A DNA stretch of 32,000 bases from Halogeometricum borinquense DSM 11551 (GTDB lineage: Archaea; Halobacteriota; Halobacteria; Halobacteriales; Haloferacaceae), in the NCBI RefSeq assembly GCF_000172995.2, contig NC_014729.1, positions 1,290,001 to 1,322,000 of the forward strand, written 5' to 3'. This document shows positions 10,004 to 19,273 of the stretch, one piece after another. The stretch's first letter is position 1. Every line of letters starts with the position of its first letter. Under the pieces are notes generated by a model. It was not told the origin of the DNA, made no database searches, and saw nothing but the letters and a program-made list of their open reading frames with translations. A program made the position numbers and the translations under genes.

Positions 10004-10218
10004 ATCCGACTGCTATTCTGACTCTGAGAAAAATATTATGAACGGCTGTCATCTGGGCCGTTGAACAGTCGCTATCCGAATGCTGAGTATCGAGCGCAGT
10101 CGTGGCGAGCCTCGGTCCGGCAGTCTAACTCTTTTTGCGGACTTCTCGACCGACTGTGGGTATACACCGATGTTCCGAATCGCCCGTTACAAACCTGTTT
10201 CTCTGATGTCCAGTCCAA

Positions 10219-11199
10219 CTACGTCCACTGATCCAGTCCGGTCTGGACCAGCGAGTCTTCGATGCGTTCGAAGCCGCGTGCGACCTCGTCCGCGGGAACC
10301 TCCCACTCCTCGGAAACGTACGCACGGGCGGCGTCGAGGTCGGGCGAAAGATCTGTATCGAACTCGTAGTCGTCGGTGACAGGGGGATCACGGAACAACT
10401 CGCGCACGCGGTCGGCGTTCTCGATATAGTCGTCGCGTGCTTCCAACACCGTCCACAGGTCGCCGTGTTCTTTGACTTCCTTCAGCGCCGTCTTCGGGCC
10501 GACGCCGGAGATTCCCTCGTTGAAGTCCGTCCCACAGAGGATGGCGATATCGATCAACTGCTCTTGTGTCACGTCGAGGTCCGACAGCGTCGCTTCGAGG
10601 TCCATCAGTTCGGGGTCGCCCTTCGAGGTGAGTTGCCGGAGCGTGTACGGCGCACCCAGCAGGAGCGTGTCGTAGTCCTCGCTGCCGACGTAGTCCACGT
10701 CGCCCTGCTTTGCCATGTACGACGCCTGCGCCTCGCCCTCGGCGGGCGCTTCGATGACTGGCACGTCAAGTCGTTCAAGGAGACCCCGACTCGTCTCGTG
10801 GATCACGTCCGTGAGGCGCTGTGTTCGCGCCTCCAACCGAGCGGCCTCCATGTCGTCACCCCGCTCTTCGGCCTCTTTCTTCAACTCCTCGGCCTTTTCG
10901 CGCTGGGCGCGGCGTTCGGACACCTCAGCGTCTTTCAACTCCGTGACGCCGCCGTCGAAGACGAAGACGGGCGTCAGGTCGTGTTCGAAGAACTTGGGAA
11001 GCCCCTGGACGATGCCGATGAGGTTCGCCACTTCCTCACCCTCGGTCGTCGTGTACACCTCGTCGCCGGTGAACTTGACCGTCGTCGTGAGATAGCGGTA
11101 CAGCCAGTTGTGTGCGTCAACGGCGACGACACCTCCCGCGAGGTCGTCGAACGAAACCTCAGAGAGCGAAGCGAGCGAGCGCAAATCTGCGTTTCCCAT
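10219..11199 (-). CDS. fen: Flap endonuclease 1
   Basis: XPG-N and XPG-I motifs are present: [36 protein letters not shown] and [18 protein letters not shown]. The C-terminal QTGLDQWT resembles a PCNA-interacting (PIP) box. Confidence 0.96.
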   Translation of the reverse strand: MGNADLRSLASLSEVSFDDLAGGVVAVDAHNWLYRYLTTTVKFTGDEVYTTTEGEEVANLIGIVQGLPKFFEHDLTPVFVFDGGVTELKDAEVSERRAQREKAEELKKEAEERGDDMEAARLEARTQRLTDVIHETSRGLLERLDVPVIEAPAEGEAQASYMAKQGDVDYVGSEDYDTLLLGAPYTLRQLTSKGDPELMDLEATLSDLDVTQEQLIDIAILCGTDFNEGISGVGPKTALKEVKEHGDLWTVLEARDDYIENADRVRELFRDPPVTDDYEFDTDLSPDLDAARAYVSEEWEVPADEVARGFERIEDSLVQTGLDQWT

Positions 11200-11226
11200 T
11201 ACGATTCGGTTGGGCCGCGACTCGCT

Positions 11227-11880
<654 letters not shown>

Positions 11881-11946
11881 AGTCGAACGACGAGCGCCGC
11901 AGGGTTGAGTGCGTCGGTTCTTCACCGTTCGCGTCGTAGACGAGGT

Positions 11947-12555
11947 ATGTCGAGACTCCACGGCCGTGGCGACGTTCGTTTTTTCGACCGTATCGCCGCT
12001 CTCTACGACCTCGTCATGCCCTCTGCCGATGCAGACGCGCTCCAGCGGGGACTCTCGTTCGCGCGACGACCCGTCGAACGCGTTCTCGACGTAGCGGGCG
12101 GAACTGGACGCGCGACTCGTGCCCTCGCCCGAAACGGTCTCGAACCGGTCGTCGTAGACTTCTCGCGCGGCATGCTCTCGCGGGCGCGAGCGGACGGCCG
12201 CGATACCGTCCACGCCGACGCCGGGACACTCCCGTTCTGTGATGACAGCGTGGACGCGATCATCGTCGTGGACGCGCTACATCACATGCCGGATCCTGAT
12301 GGTGCAATCCGTGAGGCGGCCCGCGTCGTTTCGCCGGGAGGAGTAGTAGTCGTTCAAGAGTTTGGACCCGACACGCTCCGCGGACGCGGACTCGTTCTGG
12401 CTGAACGAGCAATCGGCTTCGACTCGCAGTTCTGGACGCCCGACGAACTCTGTGCGGTGTTTGAGAATGCAGGGCTGACCGCGAGGCTTGTCTCAAGCGG
12501 CTTCGAGTACGTCGTCGCCGGACGTGTCGAGTCCGCGGAGGCGTCGCACGAGTAG
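11947..12555 (+). CDS. Class I SAM-dependent methyltransferase
   Basis: This is the 3' part of the 696-aa track ORF, and only the section from ATG 11947 looks real (MSRLHGRGDVRFFDRIAALYD). It has motif I VLDVAGGTGRATRAL and post-I and II-like DSVDAIIVVDALHHMPD. The upstream 494 codons are antisense to fen and the GNAT-like gene. Confidence 0.85.
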   Translation: MSRLHGRGDVRFFDRIAALYDLVMPSADADALQRGLSFARRPVERVLDVAGGTGRATRALARNGLEPVVVDFSRGMLSRARADGRDTVHADAGTLPFCDDSVDAIIVVDALHHMPDPDGAIREAARVVSPGGVVVVQEFGPDTLRGRGLVLAERAIGFDSQFWTPDELCAVFENAGLTARLVSSGFEYVVAGRVESAEASHE

Positions 12556-12642
12556 TGTCTGGTGGGAACGCGGGAACGTCGCGCGGGTAGCGACCGGCGG
12601 CAAAACGAGAGAGTCTTGTGGCGTCGTTCGGATGAGAGAGAT

Positions 12643-13065
12643 ATGGGAACCTCGAACGGTTCGTTCCTCGACCAACGACTCGACGCCGACGCCCTTCCAC
12701 TCGCTGTAGGGGACTTTCTGATGTTGGCGGCCGTGCTGACCATCGGTTTCATAAATCACAACGGCGTGGACCAAATCTTCGACGACCCGACAGGGTGGAT
12801 TCTCACGCTCGTCCCGTTCCTCCTCGGGTGGGGAATCTTCGGCGTCCTCATCGGAGCGTACTCCGCCGGTGCCGCAGAGACCGCGAAAGCCTCCATCCCA
12901 CTGACGATTCGTGGATGGATTCCCGGCGCGATACTCGGACTCGGCCTCCGCGCATCGCCGCTGTTTGAGGGCGGATTTGCGTGGATCTTTGCCGCCGTCA
13001 TCCTCGCAACGGGCATGCTCGCCCTCGTGGCGTGGCGCTGGCTCTTCTTCAAAATCATCGGATAA
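12643..13065 (+). CDS. DUF3054-like small integral membrane protein
   Basis: Trimmed to ATG 12643. It has four hydrophobic segments (LAVGDFLMLAAVLTIGFINH..., ILTLVPFLLGWGIFGVLIGAY...). The family assignment is from memory of the N-terminal pattern. Confidence 0.65.
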   Translation: MGTSNGSFLDQRLDADALPLAVGDFLMLAAVLTIGFINHNGVDQIFDDPTGWILTLVPFLLGWGIFGVLIGAYSAGAAETAKASIPLTIRGWIPGAILGLGLRASPLFEGGFAWIFAAVILATGMLALVAWRWLFFKIIG

Positions 13066-13133
13066 TCGCGGTCTCTTTTTGAATTTCGTCGGAACGGGGT
13101 GCTGCGAATCCCCCGCTGACTGCCGAAAACAGT

Positions 13134-14468
13134 TCAGTCCGAGGTAACTTCCGACCCGGTCGCCGCGCCGTTCTTTCGGGCGAGATAGAACCCAAAGAGT
13201 GCACCAGCGACGGCGATTCCGGCAAGCGTCGTGAACAACGCCGTCGGCGTCGCGTAGGTGAGGATGGTACCGGCGAGTGCGCCGCCGAGTGCACCGACGC
13301 CGAACACGCCGAGATAGGTGTATCCGTAGGAGAGGCCGCGCGTGCCCGCTGGCGTGTACTCGGCCACGGTGGCCTGATAGAACGGCTGGATGACGAACAG
13401 GAAGAAGCCGAGGATGGCCCCGAAGACGAGGAGCGGAGCGAGGCCGGCGTTGACGACCGGCAAGAAGAGAACAGCGAGGACGGCCAGCGCCCCGAATGCA
13501 CCGACGAGACCCCATTCGACTGGCAGACGGTCGGTGAGTTTTCCGCCGGCGTACTGCCCGAGAACGCCGACCATCAGCAGGCCCGAGTAGAAGTATCGCT
13601 CCGGTTTGAGCATCCGGCCCGACCCGGCTTCGACGCCGAGCGCGTCAGCGAGTCCAGCGGGAAGCAGCGATGCCAACGGGATGGGATCGAACGTGTCGAG
13701 ACCAGAGAGAAGGTCCGGCAGGAACGTCAGCACACCGCGGTAGAACAGCCCTGAACAGATCACGACGAGGAAGACGACGGCTAATCCGCCCGCAATCAGG
13801 CGTTTCGACTCGGTGACGAACTCCGCGAACGAACCGACGCCGGCGTCTGCCTTCGATGATCCTCCCGCGCCCGCATCGACGGCCGCCGATTCGTCGAACT
13901 TCGCGCGCGTCGCGTAGGCACCCGCAACGAGAGCAGGGACAGCGAGAAGCATCGCGACCGTCGTCCAATCGAGAAACACCAGTAGGATTGCGGTGAGAAG
14001 AGGGCCGAGACCGATACCCACGTTTCCGGCGATGCCGTGGTAGGCAAAGCCCGTGCCGCGCTCGTTCATGCCTTTCGAGATGAGAGCGAGGCCCGCGGGG
14101 TGGTAGACACTCGCGGCCGCGCCCCAACAGAGGAGTGCGAGCGTGACGACGACGAGATTCGGCGAGAGACCGAGGAGGACGAACGACCCGGCCATACCGA
14201 ACAAACACAGCGAAATGAGTCGCCGGGAGCCGATGCGGTCCACGAGAACGCCACCCGGGAGAGCACCGATACCGAACAGACCGTACCCGGCGGTCACAAC
14301 CCACCCGAGCGTCGCCGCCGTCACGTCCAGTTGCGTGAGTCCGAGGTTGACAACGTCAAACTCCATCAACCAGATAGTGACGAAAATGGGAAGGGATAAC
14401 TCGTAGGTGTGCACCATCCCGTGAGCGAGCATCACGAGTGCGACGATTGAGCGGTCGTTCCGGTTCAC
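13134..14468 (-). CDS. MFS transporter
   Basis: 444 aa with about 12 TM segments and an MFS loop 2-3 motif (GVLVDRIGSRRLI). The substrate is unknown. Confidence 0.9.
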   Translation of the reverse strand: MNRNDRSIVALVMLAHGMVHTYELSLPIFVTIWLMEFDVVNLGLTQLDVTAATLGWVVTAGYGLFGIGALPGGVLVDRIGSRRLISLCLFGMAGSFVLLGLSPNLVVVTLALLCWGAAASVYHPAGLALISKGMNERGTGFAYHGIAGNVGIGLGPLLTAILLVFLDWTTVAMLLAVPALVAGAYATRAKFDESAAVDAGAGGSSKADAGVGSFAEFVTESKRLIAGGLAVVFLVVICSGLFYRGVLTFLPDLLSGLDTFDPIPLASLLPAGLADALGVEAGSGRMLKPERYFYSGLLMVGVLGQYAGGKLTDRLPVEWGLVGAFGALAVLAVLFLPVVNAGLAPLLVFGAILGFFLFVIQPFYQATVAEYTPAGTRGLSYGYTYLGVFGVGALGGALAGTILTYATPTALFTTLAGIAVAGALFGFYLARKNGAATGSEVTSD

Positions 14469-14723
14469 GTCGGAGAATCCGACTACAGGACAGTTGAACG
14501 CACCGATGGGGGCAGTCTATGTACCTACGATATTCGACAAAAGATAGACGAAATAACGGCCCTGGTTCTTCTCCAACTTAAATGGTTCAAAAAGAGGCAT
14601 TAAATCCTATATATCCGAGTCCGGCTCATAACTTATGGAGATAATTTTCGAATCTAACTAGAGACGTATCGGTGAATCATGGGAAAGAATTATATCACCT
14701 GTGTCCGTATAATAATACGTATT

Positions 14724-14972
14724 ATGACAGGGTACTACGACTACGTTCTCGGCCTCATTCCAATGGCACTGCTCGGTCTTACCGGAACACTGACCGTTGC
14801 CGGGTTCGGCCTGACGCAAGCCGTCCCAATTGCCGCAGGTACAGCCGCCTGCATCGTCGGCCACGCACTGTTCATCAACGGACCGGTCTCCACTCCAACG
14901 GGGAACTCGCTCGAAGCAGACACGTCGGCGAACGCGCACTCGAACCCCGCAACGCCCGTCGACGCGGACTAG
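14724..14972 (+). CDS. Small membrane protein (82 aa), function unknown
   Basis: Track ORF 14679..14972, trimmed to the ATG at 14724 (MTGYYDYVLGLIPMALLGL). It has two hydrophobic helices and a polar tail, and is divergent from the MFS gene across an AT-rich promoter region. Confidence 0.5.
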   Translation: MTGYYDYVLGLIPMALLGLTGTLTVAGFGLTQAVPIAAGTAACIVGHALFINGPVSTPTGNSLEADTSANAHSNPATPVDAD

Positions 14973-15119
14973 TCGTCCCACCCTGTCACATCGACGACTC
15001 GTCTGCGACCAGCATTTTTCAACACTAATTTTTCGATCACTCGACCTCCGAGCGTCCGCGCTCGCACATACGTTTCCGCCGCCCGCACGTTCATCACGCT
15101 GGCGTCCGATGTACACCAC

Positions 15120-16118
15120 ATGACGGAAACTCTGTTTTTAACGAGTGACGACGTGTCCGGATTGGCAACCCCGGCGGAGTTCGTTGACGCGGTTCGAGAC
15201 GGGTACCGGCAGCGCGGTGAGGGCGCGCCGGCCGAACCGCGGACGAAGCTCCCGAACGAGAACCCACCGGGCTTTTTCACGACGTACGCCGCCGTTCTGC
15301 CCGACACGGGTGCCATGGGCGGTTACATGTACAGTGCCGGGTTCGGCGGGCAGGACGCGTGGTTCATGACGCCCCTGTTCGACGCCGAGTCTGGCGAACC
15401 GATGGCGCTCATCGACGGCGCGAGTATGAATCCGTTCAAGACCGGCGCGGTCGGGGCGGTCGGCGTCGATGCGCTGGCACGCGACGATGCCGAGACGCTC
15501 GCTATCGTCGGCAGTGGCGCACAGGCGCGCGGACAACTCCGCGCCACCGCGGCGGTCCGTGACCTCGAAACCGTCTGGGTGTACTCCCCGACGAAAGAGA
15601 GCCGCGAGTCGTTCGCTGGTGAGATGGACCGCCGACTCGACGCCAGCGTCGCCGCCGTCGCCTCCTCCGCCGCTGCAATCGAGGGCGCGGACATCGTCAT
15701 CACGGCGACGAACGCCTCCGAACCCGTCTTCGACGGCGACCGTCTCGAACCGGGCACACACGTCACTGCGATGGGACAGTACGCGACCGACAAACGCGAA
15801 CTCGACGCGACGACCATCGAACGCGCGAAGTACGTGCCGGACCTCAGAGACCGCGTGACGCAGGACGCCGGGTCGTTCCTCCACGCGCTTGCGGAGGGCG
15901 TCGTGGATGAAGACCACGTCTACGCCGAACTCGGCGAGGTGATCGCGGGCAAAGTCGAAGGCCGCGAGGACGACGAGGAGATAACCGTCTTCGACAGCGG
16001 TGGAACCGGCATCGAAACCGTTGCCGGAGCGTATCTGCTCTACGAGAAGGCACAATCCGAAGGACTCGGGACGACTATCGACTTTGCTCCCGCGAGCGAG
16101 GCGTTGACCGGAGCGTGA
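15120..16118 (+). CDS. Ornithine cyclodeaminase / mu-crystallin family protein (archaeal alanine dehydrogenase-like)
   Basis: 332 aa with a Rossmann motif LAIVGSGAQARGQL and the family-typical ITATNASEPVF and HVTAMG segments. The TGA stop (16116..16118) lies inside the terminal nucleotides of element copy A. Confidence 0.9.
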   Translation: MTETLFLTSDDVSGLATPAEFVDAVRDGYRQRGEGAPAEPRTKLPNENPPGFFTTYAAVLPDTGAMGGYMYSAGFGGQDAWFMTPLFDAESGEPMALIDGASMNPFKTGAVGAVGVDALARDDAETLAIVGSGAQARGQLRATAAVRDLETVWVYSPTKESRESFAGEMDRRLDASVAAVASSAAAIEGADIVITATNASEPVFDGDRLEPGTHVTAMGQYATDKRELDATTIERAKYVPDLRDRVTQDAGSFLHALAEGVVDEDHVYAELGEVIAGKVEGREDDEEITVFDSGGTGIETVAGAYLLYEKAQSEGLGTTIDFAPASEALTGA

Positions 16119-16446
16119 CATCCTCCCGCGCCTAACGTCGCGGGCCTCCCACCCGGTGTTGGGCGGGCAGGTCAATCCTGAAGGTTGAGAGTGTAAGGTT
16201 TGCTGGACAGTCAGCCAGTGGCTCTGCCACGAAGCCGTTACTCGTACCCCGTAGGAGAGCTTCGAGTTATCTGATTGTTTAACGACTGTCGGCGTGGTCG
16301 GCTTACGTGTTTGATTTCGGCTCTCGCCGTGGCAAACACCGACTCAACTGCCAGTTCCCACGCACAACTCTGTGTGCAATGATTTGTGACTTAAATTGTC
16401 GGATTCATCTGGTGGCTAAAGCCACCAGTATCCTCCTTGAATCTCT
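16115..16446 (-). mobile_element. Copy A of the structured non-autonomous IS200/IS605-like element (332 nt)
   Basis: It fills the otherwise unexplained convergent spacer between the cyclodeaminase and pelota genes. Read on the minus strand it is TTAT|AGAGATTCAAGGAGGATAC-[CTGGTGGC ttta GCCACCAG]-GATG ... CCAACACCGGGTGGGAGG-[CCCGCG acgttagg CGCGGG]-AGGATGTCAC|. This is the same end architecture and shared blocks as copy B, with internal deletions. Confidence 0.55.
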
Positions 16447-16462
16447 ATAATCGCCCGGCGGT

Positions 16463-17530
16463 TCACTGCAGGCGGTAGCGGAGAATCGCCGCGATGCCGC
16501 CGAGGTTCTTCAACTGGCGGCCGGGGTCGAACTCCGAGGAGAAGACGGCGACGTCGCCGCCCTGCCGTTCGACAGTCTGGATGACCTCATTCACGTCTAC
16601 GTCCCACTCGCCTGCACCCTGTCGCTCTTCTCGGAGGCGTTCGTCGAGGACGAGAAGCGTCTCCACCGCGCCGAACTCGGCCGCTTCGGCGACTTCCTCG
16701 ATTCCGTAGGCGACTTTCTCGCCCGTCGAGATACCCTCCATCAGGTCGTCGATGAGGTCTGCTTCCTTGGAGATGCGCGTCTGCGTCTGCACTTCGTCCA
16801 CCGCGCCGCGTTTCAGCACCTCGTGGACTCCCCTGTCGCCGACGCTGGACGTATCCACGACGGTTATCTTGTCCACGACATCACGGTGGTTCTCCGCGAT
16901 GTAGTCGCGGGCGTCCTGCTTCGTGAAGCCGGGACCCGCGAGGATGATAGCGTCTACGTCCATCCGCGAGAGCGCCTTGCCGAGTTCGGCAAACAGTTCT
17001 GACCGCGGTCGGGCGTACTCTCCCTTCCCGGTCGGCGCAGTGAACGAGAAGCGCTCTTCGGTACCGTACTGTGCGACGGTATGGATGTGGGCTTCGCCCT
17101 CCTCGACGGTGGCGATGACCACATCGGGGTTCTCCGCGGCCTGCTCGGCCTCTTCGATGCGGTCGAGTTGGTCCGGCTTGAAGTGCTTCTCGATGGTCAC
17201 CTCGTCGTGTTCTTCGACGTTCAGCGTGTGATGGTGACCGAGTTGGTCCTCGCGGGAGCAATCGACGATTTCGCCGCCGACGCGGAGCCGGTTGGCAAAG
17301 CGGGCGAACTCCACGTCGCTGACGCTGATAGTGACGTGCATGTGTTCGCGTTGTCCACCAGTGTCTCGCATCTGGTCGTCGTCACGTTGGATGCGTCGGG
17401 TGGTGTCGCCGGAGACCAAATCGCCCGATTCGAGGACGTGCGAGAGATGCCAGAGGTCGTCCACGTTCTCGGGGACGAGCGTGATGCGTTCGCGGCCCTC
17501 CTCGCCGCGTCCGCGACTCGAAATGCGCAT
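16463..17530 (-). CDS. pelA: mRNA surveillance / ribosome rescue factor Pelota
   Basis: 355 aa with a Pelota N-terminal domain ([24 protein letters not shown]) and eRF1-like central and C-terminal domains ([24 protein letters not shown]). Confidence 0.95.
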   Translation of the reverse strand: MRISSRGRGEEGRERITLVPENVDDLWHLSHVLESGDLVSGDTTRRIQRDDDQMRDTGGQREHMHVTISVSDVEFARFANRLRVGGEIVDCSREDQLGHHHTLNVEEHDEVTIEKHFKPDQLDRIEEAEQAAENPDVVIATVEEGEAHIHTVAQYGTEERFSFTAPTGKGEYARPRSELFAELGKALSRMDVDAIILAGPGFTKQDARDYIAENHRDVVDKITVVDTSSVGDRGVHEVLKRGAVDEVQTQTRISKEADLIDDLMEGISTGEKVAYGIEEVAEAAEFGAVETLLVLDERLREERQGAGEWDVDVNEVIQTVERQGGDVAVFSSEFDPGRQLKNLGGIAAILRYRLQ

Positions 17531-17581
17531 ACCCGACGTGCGGGGCGGGCGGGGAAAGGTGCTACTATCGCTGTCGCCGGG

Positions 17582-18286
17582 TTAGTAGTCCGGTTCAGCG
17601 ACGTCGCGTCGCTTCTTGCCGAGTCCTTCGGCGAATCCGCGGCCGAACAGGTAGTAGGTGACCACCTGTGTGTAAAACAGGATGAAGAAGCCGACGATGA
17701 CAATGAAGAGCAGCCCTCCGATGAAACTGAGAATAGACCCCACAACGAGGACCAGCACCCACGCGACGAAGTACTCGCTCGTCATGGCTCCCGAAACGAT
17801 AGTCGAGATGTCGAACGCCGCACCGAGAGAGCCCTCGATGGCAAAGTTAGCCTGCGCGGCGGGAATGAAGTAGCTGACAACGATGCTGAACAGCCCGATG
17901 ACAAGGATACCGAGAAATCCGACGATACCCAGCGCGGGAGCGGCACCGACTGTAACGCCCGGTTCGGGACCGGGAGCACCGGCCGAGAGTGAGTTGCCGA
18001 TTCCGAGAACGATAGACAGCGCAATCATCGGGATGAGCACGATGAGGCTGTAGACGAAATTAATGATCACCAGCTTGAGACCGTCCACGATGAGCTCCCC
18101 CCAATTGGTGAACGACGGCGCGGCCGTCTCACCCTTTGCCGCGCCTCTGAGGACGCGAACCATATACCCCTGTATGATGAATATCGGGATAATGAAAACG
18201 AAGAGGAGGCTGAGAACCCCACCGATGAGTATCGTCGGTATCCAGTCTGAACTGTTCCGCGGGTAGGACAGGGCGTCTCCTAACAT
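17582..18286 (-). CDS. DUF4013-family membrane protein (paralog 1)
   Basis: The N-terminus LSYPRNSSDWIPTILIGGVLSLLFVFIIPIFIIQGYMVRVLR and the following TM segments match the DUF4013 pattern as I recall it. It is clearly paralogous to the adjacent gene. Confidence 0.8.
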   Translation of the reverse strand: MLGDALSYPRNSSDWIPTILIGGVLSLLFVFIIPIFIIQGYMVRVLRGAAKGETAAPSFTNWGELIVDGLKLVIINFVYSLIVLIPMIALSIVLGIGNSLSAGAPGPEPGVTVGAAPALGIVGFLGILVIGLFSIVVSYFIPAAQANFAIEGSLGAAFDISTIVSGAMTSEYFVAWVLVLVVGSILSFIGGLLFIVIVGFFILFYTQVVTYYLFGRGFAEGLGKKRRDVAEPDY

Positions 18287-18346
18287 CGGACGAACCGACT
18301 CCCGAGGATAAGTTAACTCTTTATCAAAAATTGCGAACGGGACAGC

Positions 18347-19063
18347 TCAGACGGCGGCCTGTTCGTCGGGTTGGCCCTCGCCCTCCTGCATCTCGACATC
18401 GTGGAGTTCGCCCCACGCGTTGCCGATGATGTAGTACGCGGCTACCGCGGCGTAGAAGCCGAGGAACCCGCCGGCGATGAAGCCGAGCGCGGGAATGGCA
18501 TTCAGGATGCTCGCAACCAGCCCTGCGACGAATATCACGGCAAAGCCGCTCACCCATGCCGTGAAGTACTTGCCTGAGACGAGGACCGAGCGCAAGTCGC
18601 CCACAGAGAACGCCTTGCCGAACTGGTCGGTCTCAGCGAAGTTGGCTATCGCCGCCGGGATGATGTACGCGGCCACGAGGCCGAGAACGAACGATACGAG
18701 GAGGCCGAGAAGGACTCCTGCTCCGCCGGCTATGGACAGTCCGCCGGACCTCGCTGCGTTCCCTGCGACGATGGCGAAAATGCTTCCACCAACTAATACA
18801 CCCGCGATGAGTGACGGGATAAACCCGTAGATGAAGGCGATAACCATGGCTTTCAGGCCGTCTACTGCCATGTCGCCCCAGTCGTCGAACTCCGGCGGTT
18901 CCTCGATACCGTGCATCGTCCGACGAATGACGCGGACGAGATACCCCGCGACCAGTATCGTGGGGACGATGAGGACGCTCAGCAGGCTAAGGATGCCGCC
19001 GATGAGGACCGTCTTTACCCAGTCCTCGTCGTTGCGTAAGTAGTTGAGTGACTCGTTGATCAT
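18347..19063 (-). CDS. DUF4013-family membrane protein (paralog 2)
   Basis: LNYLRNDEDWVKTVLIGGILSLLSVLIVPTILVAGYLVRVIR is collinear with paralog 1 along its whole length. Confidence 0.8.
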   Translation of the reverse strand: MINESLNYLRNDEDWVKTVLIGGILSLLSVLIVPTILVAGYLVRVIRRTMHGIEEPPEFDDWGDMAVDGLKAMVIAFIYGFIPSLIAGVLVGGSIFAIVAGNAARSGGLSIAGGAGVLLGLLVSFVLGLVAAYIIPAAIANFAETDQFGKAFSVGDLRSVLVSGKYFTAWVSGFAVIFVAGLVASILNAIPALGFIAGGFLGFYAAVAAYYIIGNAWGELHDVEMQEGEGQPDEQAAV

Positions 19064-19273
19064 GATGTCTCACGAGCGTGCTCCTGCCCACTCCCGCATT
19101 GCGGCCGACCATCCGTCGGTTTCGTGCCCAAGTTCGACGTTCCATCGGTTGGACGGAGTGTACGCTCAACAATGTATACGATGTTTCAAGAGATAAACAT
19201 AGTGGCGAAGAGTACGAATAACGGAGTATTATTCCGTTTCTGTAGATTGTCAGTTAGTTTCCACTAATGTAAA

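Noticed and set aside
15138-16175. 345-aa minus-strand ORF opposite the cyclodeaminase gene. Similar long antisense ORFs occur at 19616..20893(+), 23796..24629(+), 25582..27003(+), 29124..30095(+), 12493..13515(-) and 17081..17992(+).
   Set aside because: All are arginine-rich mirror ORFs of confidently identified genes.
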